Source: Carpediemonas membranifera BICM (lineage: Eukaryota; Protista; Fornicata). Taken from it: a stretch of DNA of 64,000 nt. Positions within the stretch are counted from its first letter, which is position 1; every line of letters begins with the position of its first letter. Shown piece after piece: positions 19,734 through 31,093 of the stretch. The notes under the pieces were generated by a model, which saw nothing but the letters and a program-made list of their open reading frames with translations, searched no databases and was not told the origin of the DNA. Made by a program: the position numbers and the translations under genes. The stretch covers positions 496,001 to 560,000 of the forward strand of contig JAHDYR010000064.1 in assembly GCA_019828565.1 (NCBI GenBank), in the 5' to 3' direction.

Positions 19734-21657
19734 ATGGAGGAGGACCAAGTGCGCATCACTCCGCTCGGCGCTGGCCAGGAAGTTGGGCGCAGTGCGATTT
19801 TGTTGCAATATCATGGCAAAACAGTGCTTGTTTGTATCATCCGACGCCCTCATACAGCTAGATTGCGGCATTCACCCTGGACATAGCGGCGCCCTTTCTC
19901 TCCCTTTCCTCGACGGCGTGGACATAGCTTCCATCGACTTGTTGCTCATTTCACACTTTCACCTGGATCACTGTGGCGCTATTCCCCACTTCACCCAGAA
20001 ATACGGATACAAGGGCCCTATCTACATGACGGCCCCCACACGGGCATTCTACCAGCTTATCCTATCCGACTACGTCCGCGTAAGCCACATTGATGCCCGC
20101 GACTTCGTCTTCTCGCAGGCGGACATCCAGAACTCGCTCGACATGATCACCACCGTCAACTACCACCAGCGGTGCGAGCACAATGGCATCAAGTTCTGGT
20201 GCTACAATGCGGGCCATGTTCTGGGTGCGGCGTGCTGGATGGTTGAGATCGACGGCGTCCGTGTGCTGTACACTGGCGACTTCACCCTTCACCCAGACCG
20301 CCACCTCGGGGGGGCCGAGATCCCGGATGTCTCCCCAGACATCCTCATCGTGGAGAGCACATACGGCACCCAGCGCCACGAGCCCGCGGACGAGCGAGAG
20401 GGGCGCCTGACCAGGAGCATCGCCCGTACCCTCCAGGGCGGTGGCAACGTGCTCCTCCCCGTGTTCGCGTTGGGGCGAGCGCAGGAGCTGCTTCTGGTGC
20501 TGGAGGACTTCTGGTCGGCACACCCCGAGCTGCAGGGTTACCCAGTCTACTACATCTCGCCCCTCGCCCAGCGGTGTCTGCAGATCTTCCGGACGTATGT
20601 GTACATGATGAACCAGCGTGTCCAGGACCAGTGCAACGTCTCCAACCCGTGGAACTTCGCCCACATCACAGAGCTCGACCGGCTCGAGCGGTACGACCCC
20701 TCTGTCCCCTGCGTCGTCATGTGTTCGCCCGGGATGCTCCAGAGTGGCGTCTCGAGGCAGCTGTTCGACATGTGGCGGGAGGATAGCAAGAACCTTGTGG
20801 TCATCACGGGCTACGCCGTCGAGGACACCGTCGCCAAGACGATCCAGCAGTCCGCGTCGAGGGACGCCCGCAAGATCATGACCAAGCAGGGCGAGATCGA
20901 GGTCAATTGCGGTGTCGAGGTGGTCTCCTTCAGCGCACACAGCGACTGTACCCAGACGACAGAGTTCGTCCGCCGCATCCGGCCGTCCCAGATCGTCCTC
21001 GTGCACGGCGAGGAGCACCAGATGGGCAACCTCCGCCGCCACCTGGAGAAGAAGTTCCCCGCCATCCAGCTGTGGTCCCCCGCCAGCGAGCGGTCCGCGG
21101 TCTGCACGATATCGCGGGACCGGCGGGCTGTGGCCCTCGGGACCATCGCCCAGAGCATCAATGACAAGAAGCCCGCCGTGGTCGACGGCCTGGTGGTCTC
21201 CCGGCCCGAGGTCACGAGCGAGGTCATGCTGGTCGACCCGGACGACCGTGAGATCTTCGCACTCCACACGGGTGTCCAGCGGTCCGTGATCCGGTCCCGG
21301 TCCACCGTCCATGTCACGAGCATCACCCCAGACGCTGTGCTCAGGTATCTGGCCGCTGTCTTCCCCGAGACCGAGGTCATCAAGGCCGAGCCCGGGGCGT
21401 CATCCGGGTCTGTCGCCATCGGCGGTGTGACCGTCGAGGCCGTCCAGGTTGGGACGGGCGTCACGGCGACCATGGAGTATCTCACGGACGGGCTCGACCG
21501 CGTCGTCGGTGAACTTGTCCGCGCCCGCATCCAGCGTCTGGTCGAAACTCATGATACGACGGGTGTGCCGCGGGCTGGGGTTACCCAGGTCAGCAGCGCG
21601 CTGGCGGAGCTAGGGTCCGGGTTTACAGAGGCAGATGTCGGGCACTACCTGGTTTGA
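19734..21657 (+). CDS. CPSF3: CPSF73/Ysh1 beta-CASP endonuclease, exons 19734-19829 and 19858-21657
   Basis: PLGAGQEVGRS, LDCGIHP, SHFHLDHCGA, AGHVLGA, ESTYG, PVFALGRAQEL, FSAHSD and LVHGE. Confidence 0.92.
19830..19857 (+). other. Spliceosomal intron, 28 nt
   Basis: GTTTGTATCATCCGACGCCCTCATACAG; removal joins GKTVL to LDCGIHP. Confidence 0.9.
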
Positions 21658-21812
21658 AGACGATGGAACGACATATAAATCGCCGCGGCAGTAAGATGGA
21701 GCTCAGTCGAGGTAGGAGGCCGAGTGTTTGGGAGCTGAACGCCACATTGGCTGCCCAGTGGTGCGGCTGAGTCGACCGACGAAAGACGCAGGTTTGGGGC
21801 TTGGCGCCGGCA

Positions 21813-22924
21813 ATGTCCGACAAACGGCCAATTAATGCCTTAGGGCTCCCGGAGTCAACTGTTCTGCGCCTCAACGAGGCTAACTTGCGGAATATTGCCG
21901 ATCTTTCGGCGTTAGGATCGGTAGCTGCGTTAGCCAAGCGTTTGTGGTTCTTTTTACTCGTTACACAGGAAGCAACCTCAATTTGTCCGAATCAACTGCA
22001 GTTTTCGTTGCTATCGAGACTCTTAGTTCGTTTCCCGCCCCGTTGCCTCACCTAGACGCTCCCACCATCTCCACCGCAGCCCTGGGGACTCCGTGCTCGG
22101 TCTTCTTCGACCCCACCACTGGCCCCCAGCTCATCACGTTCATTAGAGGTCTCGACGAGAAGTTTGGTCTTGGCCTCCCGACCGGGGAGCTCGTCCACGT
22201 CTGCGGCATCCCGGGCACCGGCAAGACGCAGCTCACCATGCAGCTGTGCCTCACAGTGCAAATACCGAAGCCGATGGGCGGGCTTGACGGCAGTGCCATC
22301 TTCATTGACACCGAGGGATCCTTCAGTGCGGCCCGGCTGCACACCATGGCCCGAAGCCTCAGAGAGCACCTCTCCGCAAGGGTCCAGCGCGTGAGAGAGG
22401 CCGGCGGCGGCCCACAGAGTGACGCCATGGGGCGGGCTGTGTCTTGCATGGACCCGGACGGCATGCTGGGGCGGGTGAAGCTGATGAGGGTGTTGGACGT
22501 CAGCGAGCTCCTAGCCTGTGTCCAGATGCTTCCGGGCATCCTCTCAGTGGCCACAGACACCCGTCTGATCGTCATAGACTCGCTGGCCATGCACTTCCGC
22601 CACACGCAGTTCGACTCCGCCCGGGACCGAGCCCAGCTGATGGCCGAGCTGTGCGACTCGCTGTCCATCATCGCATACCGGTTCAAGCTGCTCATTGTCA
22701 TCACAAACCACACAACGACGAAGTACACCCGTGTGGGGCGGCAGGCGTATCTCGGGCCCGCCCTGGGCGATGCCGTGTTCCTCGCCCCAGTGGCCAACCT
22801 CATGCTGGGACGGGACAGCAGGGGCGAGGGAAGGACGATACGGGTCCAGTCGCGGCACCTGATCGACAGGCGCCCTGTCCCAATTTGTGTCGGGGCGGAG
22901 GGCGTGCGTGACGGGCTGGCGTGA
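21813..22924 (+). CDS. RAD51C: RAD51 paralog, RAD51C-like, exons 21813-21939 and 21969-22924
   Basis: Walker A GIPGTGKTQLTMQLCLTVQIPKPMGGLDGSAIFIDTEGSF and Walker B LIVIDSLAMHFR. Confidence 0.8.
21940..21968 (+). other. Spliceosomal intron, 29 nt
   Basis: GTTTGTGGTTCTTTTTACTCGTTACACAG; frame-restoring. Confidence 0.85.
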
Positions 22925-22983
22925 TAGGGCGTCGGTATGGTTTACTAAGCATGCTAATGGTGGGTACACTGCAGATTATCGCC

Positions 22984-23229
22984 TTAATCGTACTCGTCGC
23001 CGTCCTCGATGCCCCCATAGAGCAAACGCTGCCTTAGGAGCCGGCGTCGCACTAGCCCAAGGGTTACGAGCACCATGGAGACAAGAATAAAGAGGAATAC
23101 GCCAATGGTAATACTATCCCCAATGACTGCGAACCAACCGGCCTCTACGCAGCCAATTTGTGAGAACATGACGGTGGCGAAGAGAAGAATGGAAAAGAGA
23201 TGCTGAGCTGAAGTATGTGGGACCTTCAT
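22984..23229 (-). CDS. Small membrane protein (81 aa)
   Basis: Two hydrophobic segments followed by RRR and an acidic tail; it fills an otherwise empty gap. Confidence 0.5.
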   Translation of the reverse strand: MKVPHTSAQHLFSILLFATVMFSQIGCVEAGWFAVIGDSITIGVFLFILVSMVLVTLGLVRRRLLRQRLLYGGIEDGDEYD

Positions 23230-23377
23230 TGTGATTGGTGGATATTGGTGCTCTTAGCCTTTGGGAGTTATTGTCCTCGGCGTTTCGATGCTCGAGCTTG
23301 TCTTGGCGAACGATTTACGCTGTTACATGTGGCGCGATATATATGCCCAATTCTGTCCTCATTTGTCCATCCATGCT

Positions 23378-24100
23378 CTACTGGTCCATACGGGACATGA
23401 GCTGACTGACGACCTTGCTCATCCTGTCCAGCTCCCCGAGTTGCTCGAACACCTCGTTCTCCTCGGGCTCAGCGACAGACTCCAGGTCAGATCGCGGCTG
23501 TATCTTGTTCGGGGACGACAGCTTGAGGCCCCTGGTGCGGTGGTCGAGCGCCTGTATGGCCAGGGCGACCGTGGAGCGCCAGTCGTCGTCTTCGAGCTCG
23601 TCCTCGATACGGCGAGGCTGATTATCCCGGAAGACGCGACCCCTCTCCTGCTCCATCTCAGGCTGGGGCTGTTTCTTCTTGGCGTTCGCGAGGGTCAGCA
23701 CCGAGAACGACAGCTGATCCAGCCTGCTCTGCATGCGGGACATCGCCACCGTCTGCCTCTGCACCAAGCTTGTAAGCCCGGTCACGGAGGTGGCCAATGC
23801 TCGCACGGCATCATTCGACTGGCGCAGCTCCTGACGAACGGCGTTCATCGCAGCCTCGTGGCTAGCAGACGCCTGGTGGATGTCCTGCCGAATCACATTC
23901 ATTGTCGCGTCGTTGTTATTGAATCCCATCGCTAGAGGCGTGGACTGGGCGAATTGGCTGGTGTACGCGGCTCTCTGGTCCGAATACGCCGATTGCGTCA
24001 TTGGTGGCGCGGATCCAGCGGATGATTGAACTGGCTGCGATGCTGGAGACTGCGCCATTGCATTGTTCCAGGTGAATCCGTTGCTATGGAGCCCGTTCAT
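23378..24100 (-). CDS. Hypothetical coiled-coil protein (240 aa)
   Basis: ATG-initiated ORF with a heptad-like central region. Confidence 0.6.
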   Translation of the reverse strand: MNGLHSNGFTWNNAMAQSPASQPVQSSAGSAPPMTQSAYSDQRAAYTSQFAQSTPLAMGFNNNDATMNVIRQDIHQASASHEAAMNAVRQELRQSNDAVRALATSVTGLTSLVQRQTVAMSRMQSRLDQLSFSVLTLANAKKKQPQPEMEQERGRVFRDNQPRRIEDELEDDDWRSTVALAIQALDHRTRGLKLSSPNKIQPRSDLESVAEPEENEVFEQLGELDRMSKVVSQLMSRMDQ

Positions 24101-24168
24101 GTCGGGAAATTTTGACGACGGTGCAACTTAACGAACGAGAGCCGCGAAGGCGGTGTTAACAGTATCAG

Positions 24169-25849
24169 TAAAGTGTGAGCTATTTACCTTGCAGCGACAA
24201 TATCGGAGATCTTCAAGATCATCTGGGCAGTTTCCGTGGCGAGCTTGACGGCCGACGACGTCACCAGTGTCGGCTGGATGACCTTCTTGGCCCGCATGTC
24301 GAGGATGTCGCCCTTCTTGACGTGGATGCCGGCCATCGTCACGCCCTTGTTGTGCTCCGAGCGCAGCTTGGTGACAGTCGCGATGGGGTTCAGCCCGGCG
24401 TTCTCGGCGAGCGTGTATGGGATCAGCTCGAAGGCGTTAGCGTACGCCTTGACGACGTAGCTCTCGAGGCCGCTGAGCGTCTGCGCGTACTCGTCGAGGC
24501 GCATCGCGAGCTCGATCTCCGCGGCGCCACCGCCGGGGAGCTGCTTCTTCTTCTTCACGAGCGAGCGGATGACGCACAGCGCGTCATGCAGCGAGCGGTC
24601 AGCCTCGTCGAGGATCAGCTTATTGACGCCGCGCACGAGGACGGTGATGGTCTTCGCGCTGTGCTCGGGCTGGGGCAGGGCGGGATCGTCACGGATGACG
24701 CGGACCATGCGCTTGCCAGAAAGCTCGATCTCCTCCGCGATGAAGGCGTGGCCGAGCTTGTCGGCGGTGAAGTGCTCGATCGACGCGATGGGCTTGCAGC
24801 CGACGGTGCGGCAGACGAACGAGGCGTCTTCGCGCTCGATGTTGCGCACCACCATGATGCCCATCTTGGCGAGAAACGCGAGCGCGATCTCGGAGACGGC
24901 GTCACGCAGGATGCTCTTCTGGATCAGGACGACGTTGCAGCCAGACGCCTTGATCTTCTTGCACATCGTCAGGATGTAGCGCCGTTCCTCGCGGATCAGG
25001 CGGTCCATCTGCTGGTAGTCCGAGACGACCACAGACGAGTCCATCGTCGTCTTGGGCGCCGAGAGGCAGAACTGGATGAACGCGATCTTGGCGTTGCTGA
25101 TCGACGTCGGGCCGTTGGCGACGTGCGACACCTTGCGGGGGAAGCAGAGGCCCTTGATGAGCTCCGTCCGGTCGATTGTGTCGCCCGCAAGCTTGACCAC
25201 GCGGATGTCGTCGAGGTTGACGTTGTCGTCGTTAAGCGGGTCGCAGATGGCCGAGACAGCGTCGACGGCGATAGGCGCGAGCCACTTGCTGTACTGGCTC
25301 ACGACCTTCGACGACAGCGACGTCTTGGCGGCAGTGATGAGGGTCTTGCGGACGTTGGACGGGTCCAGGTCCAGATCAATGCTCATCGAGTCGAGGATCT
25401 CCTCCGCCTTCGCCGCGGCCTTGCCGTAGCCGCGAGAGATGACCGACGGGTGCAGGCCCATCTTCAGCAGGTTCGGGCACTCGTGCAGCAGTGAGCAGCA
25501 CATGACGACAACAGACGTGGTGCCGTCGCCAGCCTCGACATCCTGAGCCTTCGAGAGCTCGATGAGGAGACGGGCCGCCGGGTGGCGCGCCTCAAGCTCC
25601 TTCATGATCGTCGCGCCGTCGTTCGAGATCAGCACGTCGCCCTTTCCGGTGATCACCATCTTGTCCATGCCTCTGGGGCCGAGAGACGTTCTAATCGCGG
25701 ATAGAACCTCTTCCGCGGCGGCAATATTAGTTGTCCGAACGTCCTCGCTCTTCGCGCTGCTGGTTGGCGCCATTTCCTGGACAAAATTCTTCTGCCAATA
25801 TCGCGCAGTTTTGCACCCGCGGCCGACAGCTCGCCCGGCAGTCGTGCAG
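24169..25849 (-). repeat. Third CCT4-containing duplicated segment (1681 bp)
   Basis: Matches 26221-27901 directly, with one synonymous difference seen (GCC vs GCA near 24898). Identity ends about 15 nt after the stop and 76 nt before the ATG. Confidence 0.92.
24184..25773 (-). CDS. CCT4: CCT delta, copy C
   Basis: Protein identical to copy A. Confidence 0.95.
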   Translation of the reverse strand: MAPTSSAKSEDVRTTNIAAAEEVLSAIRTSLGPRGMDKMVITGKGDVLISNDGATIMKELEARHPAARLLIELSKAQDVEAGDGTTSVVVMCCSLLHECPNLLKMGLHPSVISRGYGKAAAKAEEILDSMSIDLDLDPSNVRKTLITAAKTSLSSKVVSQYSKWLAPIAVDAVSAICDPLNDDNVNLDDIRVVKLAGDTIDRTELIKGLCFPRKVSHVANGPTSISNAKIAFIQFCLSAPKTTMDSSVVVSDYQQMDRLIREERRYILTMCKKIKASGCNVVLIQKSILRDAVSEIALAFLAKMGIMVVRNIEREDASFVCRTVGCKPIASIEHFTADKLGHAFIAEEIELSGKRMVRVIRDDPALPQPEHSAKTITVLVRGVNKLILDEADRSLHDALCVIRSLVKKKKQLPGGGAAEIELAMRLDEYAQTLSGLESYVVKAYANAFELIPYTLAENAGLNPIATVTKLRSEHNKGVTMAGIHVKKGDILDMRAKKVIQPTLVTSSAVKLATETAQMILKISDIVAAR

Positions 25850-26012
25850 GTCGTGTGAATGGCTCTTCGCCAAGTATACACTCGAGTTATTGCTTTATGC
25901 GAAAAATTTCCGGATTGATTCCGACCCGAAAGAAGATGAAGAGCGAATTCTTTGGCGAATTGAGGCTTACTGCCGTCAACTACTTGGCAGGCTAGATTAG
26001 CAGGTTACCCCA

Positions 26013-26046
26013 CTGGCCAGCGCCGAGCGGAGTGGTCCTCCTCCAT
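26013..26046 (-). pseudogene. Truncated CPSF73 5' fragment with an 11-bp deletion
   Basis: ATGGAGGAGGAC^CACTCCGCTCGGCGCTGGCCAG lacks CAAGTGCGCAT relative to 19734-19778. Confidence 0.85.
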
Positions 26047-26235
26047 TTATGACCTAACCTGCGGTATTTGATTGGATCAAAACGACAACCAGTCACCCCC
26101 AGCCCATAGCCCGACGCGCACACGCAGCCAGTGTGCCAGTGTCAAGGTTACCAAGCTGGTGGCGTCTTGTCAACTGCCTGGCAAACCAGTCAAGCGACTT
26201 GGCATCACCAGCGGTTTCAATAAAGTGTGAGCTAT

Positions 26236-27825
26236 TTACCTTGCAGCGACAATATCGGAGATCTTCAAGATCATCTGGGCAGTTTCCGTGGCGAGCTTGA
26301 CGGCCGACGACGTCACCAGTGTCGGCTGGATGACCTTCTTGGCCCGCATGTCGAGGATGTCGCCCTTCTTGACGTGGATGCCGGCCATCGTCACGCCCTT
26401 GTTGTGCTCCGAGCGCAGCTTGGTGACAGTCGCGATGGGGTTCAGCCCGGCGTTCTCGGCGAGCGTGTATGGGATCAGCTCGAAGGCGTTAGCGTACGCC
26501 TTGACGACGTAGCTCTCGAGGCCGCTGAGCGTCTGCGCGTACTCGTCGAGGCGCATCGCGAGCTCGATCTCCGCGGCGCCACCGCCGGGGAGCTGCTTCT
26601 TCTTCTTCACGAGCGAGCGGATGACGCACAGCGCGTCATGCAGCGAGCGGTCAGCCTCGTCGAGGATCAGCTTATTGACGCCGCGCACGAGGACGGTGAT
26701 GGTCTTCGCGCTGTGCTCGGGCTGGGGCAGGGCGGGATCGTCACGGATGACGCGGACCATGCGCTTGCCAGAAAGCTCGATCTCCTCCGCGATGAAGGCG
26801 TGGCCGAGCTTGTCGGCGGTGAAGTGCTCGATCGACGCGATGGGCTTGCAGCCGACGGTGCGGCAGACGAACGAGGCGTCTTCGCGCTCGATGTTGCGCA
26901 CCACCATGATGCCCATCTTGGCGAGAAACGCGAGCGCGATCTCGGAGACTGCGTCACGCAGGATGCTCTTCTGGATCAGGACGACGTTGCAGCCAGACGC
27001 CTTGATCTTCTTGCACATCGTCAGGATGTAGCGCCGTTCCTCGCGGATCAGGCGGTCCATCTGCTGGTAGTCCGAGACGACCACAGACGAGTCCATCGTC
27101 GTCTTGGGCGCCGAGAGGCAGAACTGGATGAACGCGATCTTGGCGTTGCTGATCGACGTCGGGCCGTTGGCGACGTGCGACACCTTGCGGGGGAAGCAGA
27201 GGCCCTTGATGAGCTCCGTCCGGTCGATTGTGTCGCCCGCAAGCTTGACCACGCGGATGTCGTCGAGGTTGACGTTGTCGTCGTTAAGCGGGTCGCAGAT
27301 GGCCGAGACAGCGTCGACGGCGATAGGCGCGAGCCACTTGCTGTACTGGCTCACGACCTTCGACGACAGCGACGTCTTGGCGGCAGTGATGAGGGTCTTG
27401 CGGACGTTGGACGGGTCCAGGTCCAGATCAATGCTCATCGAGTCGAGGATCTCCTCCGCCTTCGCCGCGGCCTTGCCGTAGCCGCGAGAGATGACCGACG
27501 GGTGCAGGCCCATCTTCAGCAGGTTCGGGCACTCGTGCAGCAGTGAGCAGCACATGACGACAACAGACGTGGTGCCGTCGCCAGCCTCGACATCCTGAGC
27601 CTTCGAGAGCTCGATGAGGAGACGGGCCGCCGGGTGGCGCGCCTCAAGCTCCTTCATGATCGTCGCGCCGTCGTTCGAGATCAGCACGTCGCCCTTTCCG
27701 GTGATCACCATCTTGTCCATGCCTCTGGGGCCGAGAGACGTTCTAATCGCGGATAGAACCTCTTCCGCGGCGGCAATATTAGTTGTCCGAACGTCCTCGC
27801 TCTTCGCGCTGCTGGTTGGCGCCAT
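26236..27825 (-). CDS. CCT4: CCT delta, copy B
   Basis: Protein identical to copy A. Confidence 0.95.
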   Translation of the reverse strand: MAPTSSAKSEDVRTTNIAAAEEVLSAIRTSLGPRGMDKMVITGKGDVLISNDGATIMKELEARHPAARLLIELSKAQDVEAGDGTTSVVVMCCSLLHECPNLLKMGLHPSVISRGYGKAAAKAEEILDSMSIDLDLDPSNVRKTLITAAKTSLSSKVVSQYSKWLAPIAVDAVSAICDPLNDDNVNLDDIRVVKLAGDTIDRTELIKGLCFPRKVSHVANGPTSISNAKIAFIQFCLSAPKTTMDSSVVVSDYQQMDRLIREERRYILTMCKKIKASGCNVVLIQKSILRDAVSEIALAFLAKMGIMVVRNIEREDASFVCRTVGCKPIASIEHFTADKLGHAFIAEEIELSGKRMVRVIRDDPALPQPEHSAKTITVLVRGVNKLILDEADRSLHDALCVIRSLVKKKKQLPGGGAAEIELAMRLDEYAQTLSGLESYVVKAYANAFELIPYTLAENAGLNPIATVTKLRSEHNKGVTMAGIHVKKGDILDMRAKKVIQPTLVTSSAVKLATETAQMILKISDIVAAR

Positions 27826-28029
27826 TTCCTGGACAAAATTCTTCTGCCAATATCGCGCAGTTTTGCACCCGCGGCCGACAGCTCGCCCGGCAGTCGTGCA
27901 GACGGCAAGTGGAGGGTATAGTGAGTGCGGAGGCAGATATCGATCCCAGAACTGGCATGAATCCGCTGTCATCGAGCCAGCCTTCGAGCCAACCGCAACC
28001 CCAGCCCGCAATGCGTACTGGCTAGCCTC

Positions 28030-29752
28030 ATGGCACAGCACGTGCGGCTGACGCCCCACCTCGTCCAGACCCGATCGGCTTATGATGCAAGCCAACCGAT
28101 GACAGAGCAACCGACGGCAGAGATCTTTATCCCGGCCATTCCAACAGATCCCGGGGACTTTCCGATGGATTCATTCCTGGACGAGCACCATGAGGCCATA
28201 TCGCTCGGCCTGACGCCCGCGCGGATCTCCCGGCCGTTTATCATCATCGGAGAGACCGTTCTGGTGATCCTTGCCATCCATTTCCCCGACAGATACGACA
28301 TTGATCCCGCCAACATCGCGATGACGACGCGCTTCGCCATCGAGTCCTCCAGCTCCCGCACACCGGCCCAGTTCTCGTCGTCCCTCGTCGATAGCAAGGA
28401 CGCGCAGGCCGAGCAGGCCGCCAAGGACAAGGGCATTGTCGAGAACACCCAGCCTGTTGCCCTGCGCCACATTGACGGGACGCTGTACGCCCTCTACCCC
28501 CTGGCAGCGGCGTCCGCCCTCCAGCCGGCCGTGCTCGGTGCCGTGCGGGCGTCGATACGGATCATCTCGTGCCCCGAGGCCGCTAAGCCGCCGGGCTGGG
28601 CCCCCGCGACGTCCGACGAGCTGGACCTGATGCCCCGCACGCTCCTGCCCTACATCGCCAGGATCCCCCAGCGGGCATACTCGTCGTTCAACGCGGACAT
28701 CCATGAGGTTCAGGAGCGCATGAGCATCTTCGACCTGCAGCTGGAGGCCAAGCGGCCAGTCGAGCTGGCCATGCCTGTGCTGCTGAGCCAGGTCAGCGTC
28801 GACCCCATCGTGGTCACTCTCGCCAACAACCTGCCCATCATTGGCGAGTTCCCCGCCGAGATCTCGATCGACGACATCTGCATCGTGTCCCGGGATGGCT
28901 CCACGGCCGTCCGCCCTGACCAACCCTGGCAGAGGAACCTGCGGGCGTCGGAGTCCACCACGCTCAGCTTCGCAATGTCGACCGCTGACGCCCTCGCATC
29001 GTTGACAACCGCGTCGTCGGTTGCCACCCCGGACACGAGGAACGCCGTTGTCAACATGACGACCGTTGCCCTCAGACTCGGGCACTTCTCCATCCCCGAG
29101 GACGACGGCGTCACCCGACCTGTGGTGCCGCTCGACGAGGAGGCGACGTGCCAGCTGACGGTGCGGTTCGTCGTCACATTCCACGACGGCGACCGGGTGC
29201 GGCCGTGCGGCGTGTACGTCGCCTCAGGGCCTGTCACCCCGCCCGAGAAGTCTGCCTCGGACAGGGAGGCGGTGGACGTCGCCATCCGGCGGGGTGCGGG
29301 CACAGACGTGTTCCCAGTGACCGTGGCGCTGCGGAACACGACTATCATGGCGCAGAAGGCGTGCATCGAGCTGCTGTGGCGGGTTCCTTCAAGCGAAGCC
29401 GAGGCCTCCGCTACGACGCCCCGGGCCGGCATGGCGGTGCCCACGATGGACTTCTCCGCGCTGCTGGGGTCGGACTCGGGCGTGTCCTCGCCCGACTTCA
29501 GCAGACCAGAGTCGCCCCTGCAAGCCACGGCAGACGCCCACTCGCTGATGGCGACGCCGGTGCAGATGCTGCCTGGTGACGGGGATCCGAGGCTGACGTC
29601 GGTGTGTCCCCCGCTGGGCTCCGTCAAGCGCCACGTGCAGCTTTTTGGGCCATGGGACGGTCGAGACAGAGTTCCAGTGCGCCGCGGAGCCTGACGGCGT
29701 GGTGCTGGTGTCTGTCGAGATCAACGGGTCCCGCCACTTGTACACGGGTTGA
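28030..29752 (+). pseudogene. Duplicate of 16029-17750 with a +1 frameshift (or a homopolymer sequencing error)
   Basis: T5 at 29642-29646 versus A4 in arm A shifts the last ~35 codons. Confidence 0.7.
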
Positions 29753-30100
29753 TGCTCATGCCGCCCACTGGTCGGCGGCTCGCGGGCCGAGGACGAGGCG
29801 CTGTCCAGGAAGGGATCTACGGTTGACGCAGAGGCCAACGTGGCCCAGGCAGCGACGTGATATAGCCATAAAGAACTTGATCAGGAAGCATTCGCTGGCT
29901 ACCAGCATGGCCCACGACACGAGCACAGGGACAAGGCCGAGGAGGAGGGCGATGTTGATATGGAGTAAACCCGGATAGGTCAGTCGCTTCCTGCCGTGAG
30001 AGGTGATGCATGATACATGGCATCACCAGCTCGCCATCAGCCAGGGCCCATCGTCTCGGTATGGCCTCCATGATATGCCCGATCCAGCATGGTTATAAAT

Positions 30101-31093
30101 TTACGGAGACCCGGCCTGTGCCCAGGCGGGGAGGGGCCTGCCCCCCTCGTATTGCCCGATGTGTTCAAACAGGCTCTCGAGACACAGCGGGCTCAGCACC
30201 TGCTGGAACGTCTCCTTGTCAAGTGTAAGCAGTGACACGGGTGTTTTCGCTGAGATCGACGCCTGGCGGGGGACGTCCTTGACGAGGGCAATCTCCCCAA
30301 AGATGTCCGCCTCCCGGAGAACTGAGATCGGCAGGCCAATGCCGCTGCCTATGTCGTCGACGCCCGCCAGCGACATCTTGTGGACGAAGCACTCGCCCGA
30401 CGTGATGATGTAGAAGCGGTCGCCCACGTCCCCCTCGCGGACAATCACCTCGCCCTGCTGGAACGCCGCGATCTCGAGCTTCTCGCTGATGAGCTGGTAT
30501 TGGGACTCGGGCAGTCCGTTGAACAGGGAGACGCCATGGAGGAATGCTAGGACCCTGCTCTTCGCCTCGACAACCTGCTGCACCTGGGTCGCTGCCCAGT
30601 CCTCGAAGCTGATGCGGGCGATAACGCAGTCCTCGGCGGCCTTGTACGTGAATTTGGAGTTGATCCGGCGGGGCCCTCGGTGCACGACGGCGGCCTCGCC
30701 AAACGTGTGCATTGGCCGCATCAAGAGCGGCATCGTCTCAGCACGGTTGATGCGTACCACTGTACCGCTCAGAATTATGTAGAGTGAGTGCATTGGCGCA
30801 ACCTCTGCGACGATGGTGGTGTCCTTCTTGTACTCGGCGACAACCATGCGCTGCCGGACGTTCTCCCGCTGAGATGGGTCCAGAGACGCTATGATTTGTA
30901 CCTCTTTCATCGCCTTCTCCAGATGATCCTCGTGCTCTGCTTGTTTGGCCTCTAGAATTCCTCTCAGATAGTTTCTGCAGAAATCAACGGGGTTCTCGGG
31001 CCGTTCGAAGACGAGATCCTTCATCATGTTACTCAAAAGGGACTTAACCCTCGTTTGCTCCAGGTATTCCTGCAAATCCTGTCTCCTGTCCAT
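30101..31093 (-). CDS. PKA regulatory-subunit-like protein (D/D domain plus two cyclic-nucleotide-binding domains)
   Basis: YLEQTRVKSLLSNMMKDLVFERPENPVDF, IVREGDVGDRFYII and FGEIALVKDVPRQASI. Confidence 0.8.
   Translation of the reverse strand: MDRRQDLQEYLEQTRVKSLLSNMMKDLVFERPENPVDFCRNYLRGILEAKQAEHEDHLEKAMKEVQIIASLDPSQRENVRQRMVVAEYKKDTTIVAEVAPMHSLYIILSGTVVRINRAETMPLLMRPMHTFGEAAVVHRGPRRINSKFTYKAAEDCVIARISFEDWAATQVQQVVEAKSRVLAFLHGVSLFNGLPESQYQLISEKLEIAAFQQGEVIVREGDVGDRFYIITSGECFVHKMSLAGVDDIGSGIGLPISVLREADIFGEIALVKDVPRQASISAKTPVSLLTLDKETFQQVLSPLCLESLFEHIGQYEGGRPLPAWAQAGSP

Larger units (their letters stand above)
15786..19778 (+). repeat. Inverted segmental duplication, arm A (3993 bp)
   Basis: Reverse complement of 26013-29995; differences seen are an 11-bp deletion and a 1-bp homopolymer insertion in arm B. 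Confidence 0.95.
26013..29995 (-). repeat. Inverted segmental duplication, arm B (3983 bp)
   Basis: Reverse complement of 15786-19778. Confidence 0.95.

Noticed and set aside
19779-26012. Invertible switch toggling CPSF73 on and off
   Set aside because: Crossover almost anywhere in the arms carries the intact CPSF73 5' end with its body. Only the innermost ~21 bp could swap it, and no recombinase is present.
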